NCBI GenBank assembly: GCA_035291665.1
Contig: DATDRP010000001.1
Span: 146,952 to 210,951, forward strand
Length of the DNA: 64,000 bases
Direction: 5' to 3'
Source: Patescibacteria group bacterium
Lineage (GTDB): Bacteria; Patescibacteriota; Microgenomatia; UBA8517
Position numbers and translations under genes: made by a program. Under the pieces are notes generated by a model, which saw only the letters and a list, made by a program, of their open reading frames with translations, did no database searches and was not told where the DNA came from. Shown one piece after another: positions 1 to 9,933 of this stretch. Each line of letters begins with the position of its first letter. Position 1 is the first letter of the stretch.

Positions 1-669
1 GTACGGCAGGAGTCCCGCGATGAATAAGAATATAGATTTTAAGATGGTTTTAAAGTTGAGAAATAGTGACTTATCCCCCATAAAGATGGTTAGTAATATA
101 GAAGGAGCCAAAAGAATTGAGGTTAAATTGTTGCTTAACGCCAAACCAAATAATAATGCTATCAAATAAATGTATTTTTTCTTTTTTGTTTCCAAGAACT
201 TAATTTCTGAAAGAATTACCAAAAGTAATAAAAAAATATGGAGAGCAAAAACTTCAGCTACTTCGGCGAATAACCAGACCGGGTAGGATGTGGCTAAAAT
301 TAATGTCGACAAAAAAGAAAGAAATGAGTTCTTACATAATAATTTAATGATTAGAAAAGCAATTACTGCCGATAATGAAGAGAGAATACTTGATAATAGA
401 CCTATTTTCCAGGCAATCGGGATGTCAAAAGGGATATTTGAAAATATTATCCCCAATATCGTATAAAGCGGGTAGCCGGATGGGTGCGGCACACCCCTTG
501 TAATAATAGCTGAAATTAAGTCTCCTGAATCGCCGGCGTAAACGCTGGGTGATAAGTTTTTTATGTAAATAACTAATGTTACCCCGAAGATTAAAAGGCT
601 CCCGATGTTTTTACTATCTGAAATCTTTTTACCTAGTAATCTGATGGTTTTAAGTATATTAATTTTCAT
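1..669 (-). CDS. DUF2723/TMEM260-like membrane glycosyltransferase (GT-C fold), partial, runs off window start
   Basis: Manual translation from ATG 669 gives YAGDSGDLISAIITRGVPHPSGYPLY plus hydrophobic segments; ATGA overlap with the upstream GT stop. Not in ORF track. Confidence 0.8.
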   Translation of the reverse strand, partial: MKINILKTIRLLGKKISDSKNIGSLLIFGVTLVIYIKNLSPSVYAGDSGDLISAIITRGVPHPSGYPLYTILGIIFSNIPFDIPIAWKIGLLSSILSSLSAVIAFLIIKLLCKNSFLSFLSTLILATSYPVWLFAEVAEVFALHIFLLLLVILSEIKFLETKKKKYIYLIALLFGLALSNNLTSILLAPSILLTIFMGDKSLFLNFKTILKSIFLFIAGLLPY

Positions 670-1637
670 GAGTCAAGATGCCTGATTGGAGATGTAATTT
701 TTTTGTCTAGCATAAACTTAACACCGTCATAGACTCCTTGTATATAGGAAAGACCCGATTGGAAATTTTCAACTTTAAATAAAAGATAAAGAGGCAACTT
801 GAGGATTATTTGCATAACAATATAATAGCTTCTTTCGAACCCCTGAAGATTTATTGATCCGAAGAGTATTCCGTTTCTTGCAATCAAATAGCTTTGCAAT
901 TTTCCCATTTTTCTTAAACTTTTGCTATTTGTACTCCTGGAAACTTTATGAAAAACTACGCTTTCGGGAATTGCCCGGATAGTTATACCTAATTTCCTAG
1001 CCCGGGAACAGTAATCGAGATCTTCATAATATGCAAAATAAATTTCATTCAACAATCCTGATTTCTTAAAAACAGATACGGGAGCAAAAAAAACGCACCC
1101 GGGTGCATAATCCGGAATAATAACTTTCTTAAATTCGGTAGCCTTTTGGCCTTGGCCTATCATTCTGGGTATGCCCGAAATTTTTGATAACACTCCACCC
1201 ATTGACCATATTAAATTTGTACCGAAATAGAAAATTTTTGATGTAAGTATTCCTTCAAATTTATTCTTTACAGCATATGCAATTAAGAACTTCAGGAAAT
1301 TTTTATCAACTACCGTATCGTTATTAAGAAGTAAAATATAATCCGCTTTATGCCTGATTGCGTATTTAATCCCCTGGTTATTTGCTTTACAGTAGCCTTG
1401 ATTTTTATTATTTGAAAGGTAAATATTTTTCGGGAAATGTTTTTTTAATTTTTTAATTTCGTTATCCTTTGACCCGTTATCGATTATAATGACCTTGAAA
1501 TTTTTATAATTTATTTTATTAAGCGATTGCAGACAGTCAGTGGTATCTTTGATGCCGTTCCAATTAAGAACTATCACGAAAACAAACGGAGTCCCGTTAT
1601 TCAATTCAGTTTTTTTGTAGTTTTTGCTATTTTCCAT
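666..1637 (-). CDS. GT2 family glycosyltransferase
   Basis: VIVLNWNG, IIDNGS, LLNNDT, YYEDLDY motifs. Confidence 0.9.
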   Translation of the reverse strand: MENSKNYKKTELNNGTPFVFVIVLNWNGIKDTTDCLQSLNKINYKNFKVIIIDNGSKDNEIKKLKKHFPKNIYLSNNKNQGYCKANNQGIKYAIRHKADYILLLNNDTVVDKNFLKFLIAYAVKNKFEGILTSKIFYFGTNLIWSMGGVLSKISGIPRMIGQGQKATEFKKVIIPDYAPGCVFFAPVSVFKKSGLLNEIYFAYYEDLDYCSRARKLGITIRAIPESVVFHKVSRSTNSKSLRKMGKLQSYLIARNGILFGSINLQGFERSYYIVMQIILKLPLYLLFKVENFQSGLSYIQGVYDGVKFMLDKKITSPIRHLDS

Positions 1638-2512
1638 ATACTCTGGTCGCGGATTTTGTACTTTATATCCAAATAACCGAAAATTCTGGCTGTTAATTCA
1701 ACAAAAGCTGATAGGAGTGCGTAATACAATTCTTTTGGACGGCCCGGTATTGCAGATAGAAATACAGGTATAACCGTAAAAGTGCTGAAAGTGATAACTT
1801 CATAACCGTAATTAACTTTCTCTAGATAATGCCCCGCGTAAATACTCCTCCGGCGGCTCAAAAGCTCCCGTAAGTTACTTGGTCCCATATTGAAAACAAT
1901 AGCATCAGGAACATATCTGACTTGATAATCCTGTAGTTTAATCAAAGGTTCTATGCTTGCTTCATCGGCTGCGGTTTTTGGAGGTATACGGGAAAACAAT
2001 TTTTTGAAAGCCACAAGCTCCCCGACCTTTGGCCGTTCAGGATATTTAATATTTATAAGGTGATGGAGCTTCCATCTGAATATATTTGAATAACCGCAGA
2101 ATGTATCTTCATCATCCATTGGGACAATCCGGGCACCAACCATTCCGACATGCGGTTTTGACAACTCAACAAGTACTTTTTTATAGCAGTCTTTCCCGGG
2201 AAGCGTATCCGCACTTTGTAAGATTATCAGTTTAGTATTTATTTTTTTCAAAAGTATATTCACCGCAGATGCCTTGCCTTCCCTATTCTTTTGACTAATA
2301 AGTTTTATGATTTTATATTTACGCATCAGATTCTCGACTATCGGAATTGTGTTGTCAGTACACCCGGAAGCCACGATTATTATTTCTTTGAGTATAAAAT
2401 TCGGAGAAGTTTTTTGGCTAATGACGGAAGTTATAAATTTCTTTATATTATTTTCTTCGTTATATACTGCAGTACCGACTGTATATAAATATTTTTTTGA
2501 TTGGTATGCCAT
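1601..2512 (-). CDS. GT2 family glycosyltransferase
   Basis: VYNEE, SGCTDNT, GKASAVN, SADT, RRR motifs; ATG at 2512. Confidence 0.85.
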   Translation of the reverse strand: MAYQSKKYLYTVGTAVYNEENNIKKFITSVISQKTSPNFILKEIIIVASGCTDNTIPIVENLMRKYKIIKLISQKNREGKASAVNILLKKINTKLIILQSADTLPGKDCYKKVLVELSKPHVGMVGARIVPMDDEDTFCGYSNIFRWKLHHLINIKYPERPKVGELVAFKKLFSRIPPKTAADEASIEPLIKLQDYQVRYVPDAIVFNMGPSNLRELLSRRRSIYAGHYLEKVNYGYEVITFSTFTVIPVFLSAIPGRPKELYYALLSAFVELTARIFGYLDIKYKIRDQSIWKIAKTTKKLN

Positions 2513-2568
2513 ACTCAAAGATAATTATTTAATATTAGTTATTATATATTAGCAATCTGATTATAATT

Positions 2569-3276
2569 ATGATTTGCATCGTTTGCGGTAAAAGTGTCAG
2601 AAAGTTCGATCAAATGGATATAATTGGTGATGATCTTTCTGATAAATGGAAATTAACAACAAAAGAAAGATTTCTGTTTGACCAGAGAGAGACCACGTTT
2701 TGTCCTTATTGCCGTTCAAGCCTTAGGGATCGGATTTTAGCTGAGGCAATTATCAAAACCCCTAAACCGGAAGCGAACTTAATCGAGTGGGTGAAAAATA
2801 ACCAAAACCTTAAAGTGGCTGAAATAAACTCCTGCGGATCATTGCATAAATATTTCAAACGACTATCATGCCTGAGTTACAGTGAATTTAAAAGTAAGGA
2901 TTTGTTAAGGAATTTATATAACAAATATATTTTACGGGTGCGGTGCGAAAACATTATGGATCTCAATTACCCCGATAATTATTTTGATTTAGTATTGCAT
3001 AGCGAAACACTGGAACACGTTTCTGATCCTGTTAAGGCTCTTGGAGAATGCCAGAGAGTCTTAAAGAAGGGGGGATGTTGTATTTTTACAATACCCGTGA
3101 TTAAAAGAAGAACTACAAAATATGTCTGTGACAATAATTCATATCACGGAAATCGTAACAGTAAGGATTACTTGGTTTTTTGGGAATTCGGTGGTGATTT
3201 TTTGAGCAGGAATAAAATAAGATATGCTGCAGGTGATGAAAAAAGATTGTGCTCTTCCTATTTAATTAAAAAATGA
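2569..3276 (+). CDS. class I SAM-dependent methyltransferase with N-terminal CxxC...CxxC
   Basis: FDLVLHSETLEHV, RVLKKGG; CIVC and CPYC. Confidence 0.8.
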   Translation: MICIVCGKSVRKFDQMDIIGDDLSDKWKLTTKERFLFDQRETTFCPYCRSSLRDRILAEAIIKTPKPEANLIEWVKNNQNLKVAEINSCGSLHKYFKRLSCLSYSEFKSKDLLRNLYNKYILRVRCENIMDLNYPDNYFDLVLHSETLEHVSDPVKALGECQRVLKKGGCCIFTIPVIKRRTTKYVCDNNSYHGNRNSKDYLVFWEFGGDFLSRNKIRYAAGDEKRLCSSYLIKK

Positions 3277-4004
3277 CAAAAAAACAATTTTTGGTTCACG
3301 AGAGATTGGTACCCGACCGAATCCCTTGGTTTCAAATACAAATGCTTTGGGATCACGTTGACAGATACAAATTTGTCGTACCGTATATCAAAAGTAAAAC
3401 AGTCCTGGACATCGCTTGCGGAAGCGGCTATGGAACCTTATATCTTGCCGAAAACGGGGCAAAGAATGTACTCGGGATGGATCTTTCAACGTCTGCTATT
3501 ACATATGCAAAAAAACATTATTCCCATAAAAATGTACTTTATTCTGTGGGAAACGCAGAATCCATACCATTAAAAAATAATTCTATCGATGTTTTGGTTT
3601 CGTTCGAAACAATCGAACACCTCAATAATTATAAAAATTTTATAAAAGAGATCCAGAGAGTATTAAAAAAGAATGGCTTATTAATCATTTCTACACCGAA
3701 CAATATTACCGGTACGGGATCAAAGAATCCTTATCATAAAAAAGAATTTACTTTTAAGGAATTCCGACAATTAATTGAAAAACAATTCGTAAACATCAAT
3801 GTTTACGGACAAAAACCGGTATTAGTAAAATATATAAAGTTTATTAATGAAGTTACAAAAATGATTAAGAATGAAAAACTTAGATGGATGGCGGATACAA
3901 TCGGAAGAATAATTTTCCGTGGAAGCAAGGTTATGCCTATTGGTCACATCAGGAACGGATTTGAACCTTTATATGTAATCATCGTAGGAAAAAACAATAA
4001 ATAA
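3273..4004 (+). CDS. class I SAM-dependent methyltransferase
   Basis: VLDIACGSGYG, SFETIEHL, ISTPN. Confidence 0.9.
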   Translation: MTKKQFLVHERLVPDRIPWFQIQMLWDHVDRYKFVVPYIKSKTVLDIACGSGYGTLYLAENGAKNVLGMDLSTSAITYAKKHYSHKNVLYSVGNAESIPLKNNSIDVLVSFETIEHLNNYKNFIKEIQRVLKKNGLLIISTPNNITGTGSKNPYHKKEFTFKEFRQLIEKQFVNINVYGQKPVLVKYIKFINEVTKMIKNEKLRWMADTIGRIIFRGSKVMPIGHIRNGFEPLYVIIVGKNNK

Positions 4005-4103
4005 TTTTTTCATTTAATTATTCAAACAAAACCATTGACTAGCCATTTTGAATAAATTATGCTGAATAATGAAGGTTTTTGAAGGAGGTGAAAGATTTAA
4101 GTT

Positions 4104-4658
4104 ATGAAAAAATCATATGGTTTTACATTAATTGAACTGTTGATTGTAATGGCGATCTTGGGAGTGTTGGCTGTTGTTGTACTCGTTGCAATAAATCCTG
4201 TTCAACAATTGGCAAGAACCCGAGATGCGGGGAGAAAATCAGCCGTTACCCAAATCGGGCACGCATTGGAGGCCTTCGCAACTGTACATGAAGGTCAATA
4301 CCTGACGGATACGACTTGCGACTTGAATGGTGATTCTGCACTTGACAATGATTGGCAGAATTGTCTGGTCAATGCCGGTGAGCTTTCGACAGCTCCGGCT
4401 TTAATTACTTATTCTCTGACTACGGCTTGTTCAGGTGTAACAACAGCTCAAAATGGTGTTTGTTATGTTGTTAATGGTCCCGGTACTGAAGCAACCATTT
4501 ATGCCACCCTTGAATCAGATTCAGAAGGATCAAAATGCGATGTTCCTGGTGATACTCCGTATTTTGCATGGTCAACGGCAGACGGACGCGGAGGTTTGAT
4601 TTGTATCTCTACAGGCGAGCCGGGTTCCGGTTCTCTCGGATGGAATACAGTTCAGTAA
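4104..4658 (+). CDS. type IV pilin, probable major pilin
   Basis: GFTLIELL class III signal; strong SD AAGGAGGTGA upstream. Confidence 0.9.
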   Translation: MKKSYGFTLIELLIVMAILGVLAVVVLVAINPVQQLARTRDAGRKSAVTQIGHALEAFATVHEGQYLTDTTCDLNGDSALDNDWQNCLVNAGELSTAPALITYSLTTACSGVTTAQNGVCYVVNGPGTEATIYATLESDSEGSKCDVPGDTPYFAWSTADGRGGLICISTGEPGSGSLGWNTVQ

Positions 4659-4704
4659 AATAGTTTTTTCAAATTCGGACGCGGAGGTTTGGTATTCGTT
4701 GGAT

Positions 4705-5238
4705 ATGGTTAAGATTCGTAGTGGATTTACACTCATAGAGTTACTTATTGTTATTGCAATCCTGGGCGTGCTTGCGGTTGTTGTCTTTGTGGCAATAAAC
4801 CCCGCTGAACGGCAAGCGCAAGCTAGGGATACCGGAAGAATCTCTTCGGTCACACAAATCGGACACTCATTGCAGGGGTTTTATACGGTAGGAACAGCTT
4901 ACCCCAATGTCGCTACGTGGGCGCAGGAACTGATTGACCACGGCGAACTCAGCACATTCCCAGCCGGAATAAATTACAACATAAACGGGATTACTGCATG
5001 CACTGAATATGTTCAGCCGGCTCTTGATGGAACATATTGTTATAATGAAGACCAGGCTAACGGTAATGGAGCAATTGTTTATTCCAAAGCTGAAGCAACA
5101 GCGAACAGAGATGATTGTACATCTCCCGAGGAGGCATATTTCGTTTTCTCAACTGTAGATGGTCGCGGGGGTACAATCTGTAGTGACGGAGATCCCTTTC
5201 CCTGGACGGCCGGGACCCAAACATACGTAAATAATTAA
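4705..5238 (+). CDS. type IV pilin, paralog of 4104..4658
   Basis: GFTLIELL; shares INP..Q...RD and DGRGG motifs with the upstream pilin. Confidence 0.9.
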   Translation: MVKIRSGFTLIELLIVIAILGVLAVVVFVAINPAERQAQARDTGRISSVTQIGHSLQGFYTVGTAYPNVATWAQELIDHGELSTFPAGINYNINGITACTEYVQPALDGTYCYNEDQANGNGAIVYSKAEATANRDDCTSPEEAYFVFSTVDGRGGTICSDGDPFPWTAGTQTYVNN

Positions 5239-5291
5239 CACTTCTCTCAAAACGATTTACTTTCAGGAAAGATTATATATATACTTAATTT

Positions 5292-6101
5292 ATGCCTGAT
5301 TTCTTTATTTACTTTGTGGTCATACTTTTTGGACTTGTGATAGGTTCATTCATCAGCGCATATACTTACCGCTTACCCAAAGGATTAAGCATTGTGAAAG
5401 GCAGATCTTTTTGCCCCAAGTGTCACAACAAAATATCCTGGTTTGACAACATTCCGATACTATCGTTTTATTTACTTCGGGGTAAATGCCGGAATTGCGG
5501 GAAGCCAATATCACTAAGATATTCGATGATTGAATTTTTTACGATGTCGGTGTTTTTATTGATAACAATCAGATATCTTCATTGTTCAAAATTGGATATC
5601 ACCATAACCGATTTTGTTTGTTCATGGAACAATATCATCGGAAGTTTTAATCTTTTTTACCAATTATTTATAGCTGCAATTTTAGTTTCAATATTTGTAA
5701 TTGATTTGGAAAAAAAGATAATTCCTGATCGATTATCATTAGGACTTTTTGCAATCGTCCTTTTAATGTTTATCTTTTTTAATCCTGACTACACATATAA
5801 AAATATATTTACAGGTTTTACCGCAGCTTCCTTTTTGCTGCTGGTGAACTTTGTGACAAAAGGTAAAGGGATGGGATTTGGCGATGTAAAGCTCGCACTA
5901 CCGCTTGGATTAATGCTTGGCTGGCCGCTTACAATCTCATGGTTCCTTCTTTCATTTGTAATAGGAGCCTTGGTCGGAGTGGCTTTAATTTTGGCAAAAA
6001 AAACTACTTTGGGAAAAGAAATCCCTTTTGGTCCATTCCTGGTGATAGGCTATTTCCTGACAATCATATGGGGCGATCTTATTATTTTGAGATTCTTTTA
6101 A
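5292..6101 (+). CDS. pilD: prepilin peptidase
   Basis: GSF, RSFCPKC, GKCRNC, GMGFGDVK, IPFGPFL. Confidence 0.95.
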   Translation: MPDFFIYFVVILFGLVIGSFISAYTYRLPKGLSIVKGRSFCPKCHNKISWFDNIPILSFYLLRGKCRNCGKPISLRYSMIEFFTMSVFLLITIRYLHCSKLDITITDFVCSWNNIIGSFNLFYQLFIAAILVSIFVIDLEKKIIPDRLSLGLFAIVLLMFIFFNPDYTYKNIFTGFTAASFLLLVNFVTKGKGMGFGDVKLALPLGLMLGWPLTISWFLLSFVIGALVGVALILAKKTTLGKEIPFGPFLVIGYFLTIIWGDLIILRFF

Positions 6102-6108
6102 ATTAGTT

Positions 6109-6714
6109 ATGTTTGTCTATACGAAAAAAGAGACAAGAGGAATAATATTAATCTTTATGGTTCTTTCTTTATTAACTTTTGCAAACCTTCAAACATCAAT
6201 CAGAAAGTCCCGTGATGCACAAAGAAGAGCAGATATTAATTCTATTTTTGATGCCCTTTCGAAATATCAAAATGAATTCGGTTTTTTTCCACCTTCATCC
6301 GAATACGGAAAGATTATCGCATGCCGCAGTGGTGAGACTACCCCCCCATCGGAAAATCTGACTGAAGCGGAATATCAGCAATATTTTATTTCGACCTTAA
6401 AAGAGTGTGAATGGGGGCGGGATTCCCTTCGTGACGTTGAAGATCTTTCGTATCAACCATACCTTACGTCAATTCCTCCTGATCCATATCACAATCGCGG
6501 AATTGATTATTATTACCTTTCAAATATGCACCGATTTCAATTATTTGCCTATCTGGAGGGCGGATCGAGAGAGGATGGCTTCAGGGAAGAAGTTGTTTTA
6601 CGCAATATTAAATGCGGTAATAAAACGTGTAATTTCGGAAGAGCGTTTGCTGATGAAAACATCGGGAAAAATCTTGAAGAAATTGAAACAGAATTAAGAG
6701 ATAAAAATAGGTAA
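6109..6714 (+). CDS. pilin-like protein with degenerate class III signal
   Basis: Hydrophobic N-terminus followed by KSRDAQRRADI..I..AL..Y and IPPDP. Confidence 0.7.
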   Translation: MFVYTKKETRGIILIFMVLSLLTFANLQTSIRKSRDAQRRADINSIFDALSKYQNEFGFFPPSSEYGKIIACRSGETTPPSENLTEAEYQQYFISTLKECEWGRDSLRDVEDLSYQPYLTSIPPDPYHNRGIDYYYLSNMHRFQLFAYLEGGSREDGFREEVVLRNIKCGNKTCNFGRAFADENIGKNLEEIETELRDKNR

Positions 6715-6727
6715 TATAAAAAATAAT

Positions 6728-7162
6728 ATGAATAGAAATTTGGGAGGATTTACAATAGTTGAGGTGATGATTGTTCTTGTAGTGATCGGCGGTTTGGCAA
6801 CATTTGCAGCATTTACTTATCACAGTTCAACATCCCGTACCCGCGATGCTCAACGGCAGTCTGACCTTCGGAATTATCAGAATGCTTTGGAAATTTACAA
6901 TACGGTAAATAATACATATCCGGTTCAGGATACTGCAGCCGTTGATGTCACTACTTTATGTACAACTCTTAATATGACAACAGCTGAATGCAAAACCGAT
7001 CCTCAAAGCGGAGTTTACAGATACAGAAGCGACAGCAATGGCTTATCATATAATTTATGGGTATTTCTTGAGGGCTCGACAAATTACTTTATTTTATGTT
7101 CTAATGGAGAGGCGGGGTTTGTGACCGCAGAGCCTCCAAACGGAGCGTGTCCTGATTTTTAA
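6728..7162 (+). CDS. minor pilin / GspG-like
   Basis: GFTIVEVM, RDAQRQSDL. Confidence 0.85.
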   Translation: MNRNLGGFTIVEVMIVLVVIGGLATFAAFTYHSSTSRTRDAQRQSDLRNYQNALEIYNTVNNTYPVQDTAAVDVTTLCTTLNMTTAECKTDPQSGVYRYRSDSNGLSYNLWVFLEGSTNYFILCSNGEAGFVTAEPPNGACPDF

Positions 7163-7170
7163 TTTTTTAT

Positions 7171-7692
7171 ATGAAAATTTTTAAAGAGAGACTGATAAAT
7201 AATACTAAAGGTTTTACTTTTTTGGAACTTTTAATTGTGATGGGCATCATTTCACTTTTGTTTACATTTACGCTTATATCATATAAGGGTGTTCAGGCAA
7301 ATGCCCGGGATACACAAAGGAAAAATGATTTGAAGCAATATCAGACACTTTTGGAAACTCAGGCTAACGCAAACGGTGGTTTTTACCCCGGAAGATCAAC
7401 AACTGCCAGGGCTTCGGATGTTGGCACTCCTCCAATAAGTTTATGTGCTGATCTTGGTATTTCTGATTGTCCTTACGACCCCGCTGACGGAGTAAACAAT
7501 TGCAAAAGCGGTTTATGCCGGTATTTTTACCAATCTAACGGCACCTGTGATAACGGTACGGATTGCGGAAGCCGATTCGTTCTTTATTCAAGATTGGAGA
7601 AAGTTAATAATTATTTTATTGTCTGTTCAAGTGGAATTTCCGGAGAAAAGGTTAATACAACTACTTTCACCGCGGGTGCCTGTCCATTATAA
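7171..7692 (+). CDS. minor pilin / GspG-like
   Basis: GFTFLELL, RDTQRKNDL. Confidence 0.85.
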   Translation: MKIFKERLINNTKGFTFLELLIVMGIISLLFTFTLISYKGVQANARDTQRKNDLKQYQTLLETQANANGGFYPGRSTTARASDVGTPPISLCADLGISDCPYDPADGVNNCKSGLCRYFYQSNGTCDNGTDCGSRFVLYSRLEKVNNYFIVCSSGISGEKVNTTTFTAGACPL

Positions 7693-7754
7693 GGGCTTTC
7701 GGAGAAATCAAGTTTTGACCCATGCGATAGATGTTATAATTATTTAGTAATCTT

Positions 7755-8216
7755 ATGAAGAAGCCGCAGATGAATTTTGGTTTTACTCTTATCGAACTGA
7801 TGGTTGTTTTGGCAATTATCGGAATTTTGGCCACACTCAGCGCTTTCGGACTTCAGCAAGCAAGGGAATCTTCCCGCGACGCTCAAAGAAAATCAGATCT
7901 TCAGACAATCAGACTGGCATTGGAACAATATAGGACTGATTGTAATGCATATCCGGTTGAATCCGGCATATTTTCAACTTTGCATTCAAGCTTTTCCACC
8001 CCGGCGAGCTGCACGGGTACAGCTGTAAATTTTATAGCAAAATCACCCAATGATCCTATTTCCGGTAGAAATTACTACTATATTGGGACTGCGTTTTCGT
8101 TTACGTTATGTGCCAGTCTGGAAGGCGGAGGTACGTCGGGAGATACCTCTGCCTGTTCGACAGCCGGTGCAAATTGCGGGGGTGCGGCTTGCAATTACAG
8201 AGTAACCAATCCATGA
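7755..8216 (+). CDS. pilin / GspG-like
   Basis: GFTLIELM, RDAQRKSDL, PNDP. Confidence 0.85.
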   Translation: MKKPQMNFGFTLIELMVVLAIIGILATLSAFGLQQARESSRDAQRKSDLQTIRLALEQYRTDCNAYPVESGIFSTLHSSFSTPASCTGTAVNFIAKSPNDPISGRNYYYIGTAFSFTLCASLEGGGTSGDTSACSTAGANCGGAACNYRVTNP

Positions 8217-8219
8217 AAA

Positions 8220-8726
8220 ATGAAAATTCTCCGAACAAACTCAGCGAAAAATTATTCAGGATACTCACTGATTGAGGTTTTGGTTGCAATGTTTATTCTT
8301 GTAATAATATTTTCCGTTACTCAGGCAAATCTTCGGGGATATTCGCAAAATAAGTCTTTGGAACAGGCTGTCAAACAGGTCAGATCTGACTTAAAACTTC
8401 TACAGGAATATTCAATAGCCGGAAAATTAATGCCCGGTTGTTCGGGTTTGAATGGGTACATCTTCAGCTATAACACTTCGACGAATCTTTATTCGTTAAT
8501 TGCCGATTGTACTACCGATGTAAATGTTCCTAATAAAACCAGTCTTTCCCTTCCTCAAGGGATAAGCCTTAACAGTTTTCGTCCGCCCAATAACACCATT
8601 TTGTTCAAAGTTCTCGGAAAAGGAACGGACATACCAAACGGTACAAGCATAAACATTATATTAACCCAGCAAACATCCGGAAGTACTGCAACAATAAATA
8701 TTAATCCGGCCGGATTAATAAATTAA
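8220..8726 (+). CDS. minor pilin (FimT/GspH-like)
   Basis: GYSLIEVL; C-terminal I.I...G.I. Confidence 0.8.
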   Translation: MKILRTNSAKNYSGYSLIEVLVAMFILVIIFSVTQANLRGYSQNKSLEQAVKQVRSDLKLLQEYSIAGKLMPGCSGLNGYIFSYNTSTNLYSLIADCTTDVNVPNKTSLSLPQGISLNSFRPPNNTILFKVLGKGTDIPNGTSINIILTQQTSGSTATININPAGLIN

Positions 8727-8737
8727 ATATTTGAGGT

Positions 8738-9190
8738 ATGACGAATTCATTTTCAAAAAAAGGCCAATCAATATTTGAGGTTGTGATTGCTATTGCGATT
8801 GCTGCCATTGTTATGACAGTTATCGTTTCACTGTCTGCGGATTCTTTGTCCAATTCAATCTACTCGAAAAATAAAACATTGGCCAATAGATATACCAGTG
8901 AAACGATTGAGTGGCTGCGATGGCAAAGGGAAAGTATGGGATGGCAAAGTTTTTCAACCCAAATTACTGCATCTGCCAATTGGTGTTTCGCAACACTTGC
9001 CCTTAGCGCTTCTTATCGGCATACCTGCGTTATTACGAATGCAGCCGACGCGATATCAGGTACTTCTTATTTCAGAAACGTATCAGTATCCAATACCGGC
9101 GGCCGGCTTGATGTTACTATTAATGTTTCCTGGCGCGAATCTGATGGTTGGCATGAAACCGAAACTTCCACATCTTTAGTAAATATATGA
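8738..9190 (+). CDS. minor pilin (PilV-like)
   Basis: GQSIFEVV; A..Y..E.IE.LR; V.I.VSW. Confidence 0.8.
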   Translation: MTNSFSKKGQSIFEVVIAIAIAAIVMTVIVSLSADSLSNSIYSKNKTLANRYTSETIEWLRWQRESMGWQSFSTQITASANWCFATLALSASYRHTCVITNAADAISGTSYFRNVSVSNTGGRLDVTINVSWRESDGWHETETSTSLVNI

Positions 9191-9191
9191 T

Positions 9192-9764
9192 ATGAGAAAA
9201 ATAAAAGGCTATTCGGTAATAGAAGTCCTGGTGGTAATCGGTGTTTTTGCAATCCTATCAGTTATTGCAGCGCAATCCATTATCATTACCCTTCGCTCGC
9301 AAAAGAAAAACGATTCTTTGATAAATGTCAAAGGTGAAATTGATTTTGCAGCAAATATAATCGAAAGGAATCTTCAAACCGCGTCGTATATCATTGTTAA
9401 TCCGGTAACGGTTTGCGATGGCGCTACTGCCACACCGTCAATCGGCTTCTCTACTCCGTACGGCGGAAGGGGGGATTTTGCCTGTTTGGATATTTCCACA
9501 ATCGGAGGCGGAACGAATTTTTATAATTTGACAACACCCGATATCAGAGTTGCGTCTTCATCCGGAATTCCCATCAGATTCAGCCAAAGACTGACGACAA
9601 ATAATTTGGAAATTACTTCATGTTCTTTTACCTGTTTAACATTGGATGAAAAGTCATATGTAACTTTTACAATTTCAGCAAGTGCAAAAAATATTCCTGC
9701 AAGCGACGATAATATTGTCTCAACGTCTCGGCAGGTATTTATACGGTCTTCAAAAAGAGAATGA
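9192..9764 (+). CDS. minor pilin (PilW-like)
   Basis: GYSVIEVL; position in the H-V-W-X order. Confidence 0.8.
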   Translation: MRKIKGYSVIEVLVVIGVFAILSVIAAQSIIITLRSQKKNDSLINVKGEIDFAANIIERNLQTASYIIVNPVTVCDGATATPSIGFSTPYGGRGDFACLDISTIGGGTNFYNLTTPDIRVASSSGIPIRFSQRLTTNNLEITSCSFTCLTLDEKSYVTFTISASAKNIPASDDNIVSTSRQVFIRSSKRE

Positions 9765-9783
9765 ATAATGTGTTTTTTTTGAT

Positions 9784-9877
9784 TTTCCTTCAAAGGAGGA
9801 TGACATACCGTGCCCGCCGGCAGGCAGGTCAGAGTTCAATTCATCCCCGATTAAATCGGGGTTTTCTTGAACGCTGT
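9784..9877 (-). mobile_element. miniature IS200/IS605-end-like element, copy 1 (right end decayed; 21-bp palindrome inserted at 9808..9828)
   Basis: Reverse complement reads TTCAAGAAAACCCCG-hairpin-GGGGATGAATTGAACTCTGA[insert]TATGTCATCCTCC, matching copies at 38692, 39351, 45825. Confidence 0.7.
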
Positions 9878-9933
9878 TATAAATGCAATTGACCTTGTAG
9901 ACTTGTTCTTGCTACACTTGAAAATAAGTAATT

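Noticed and set aside
4104-9764. Diversity-generating retroelement or shufflon acting on pilins
   Set aside because: No reverse transcriptase or recombinase, and no adenine-specific template/variable repeat pair was seen.
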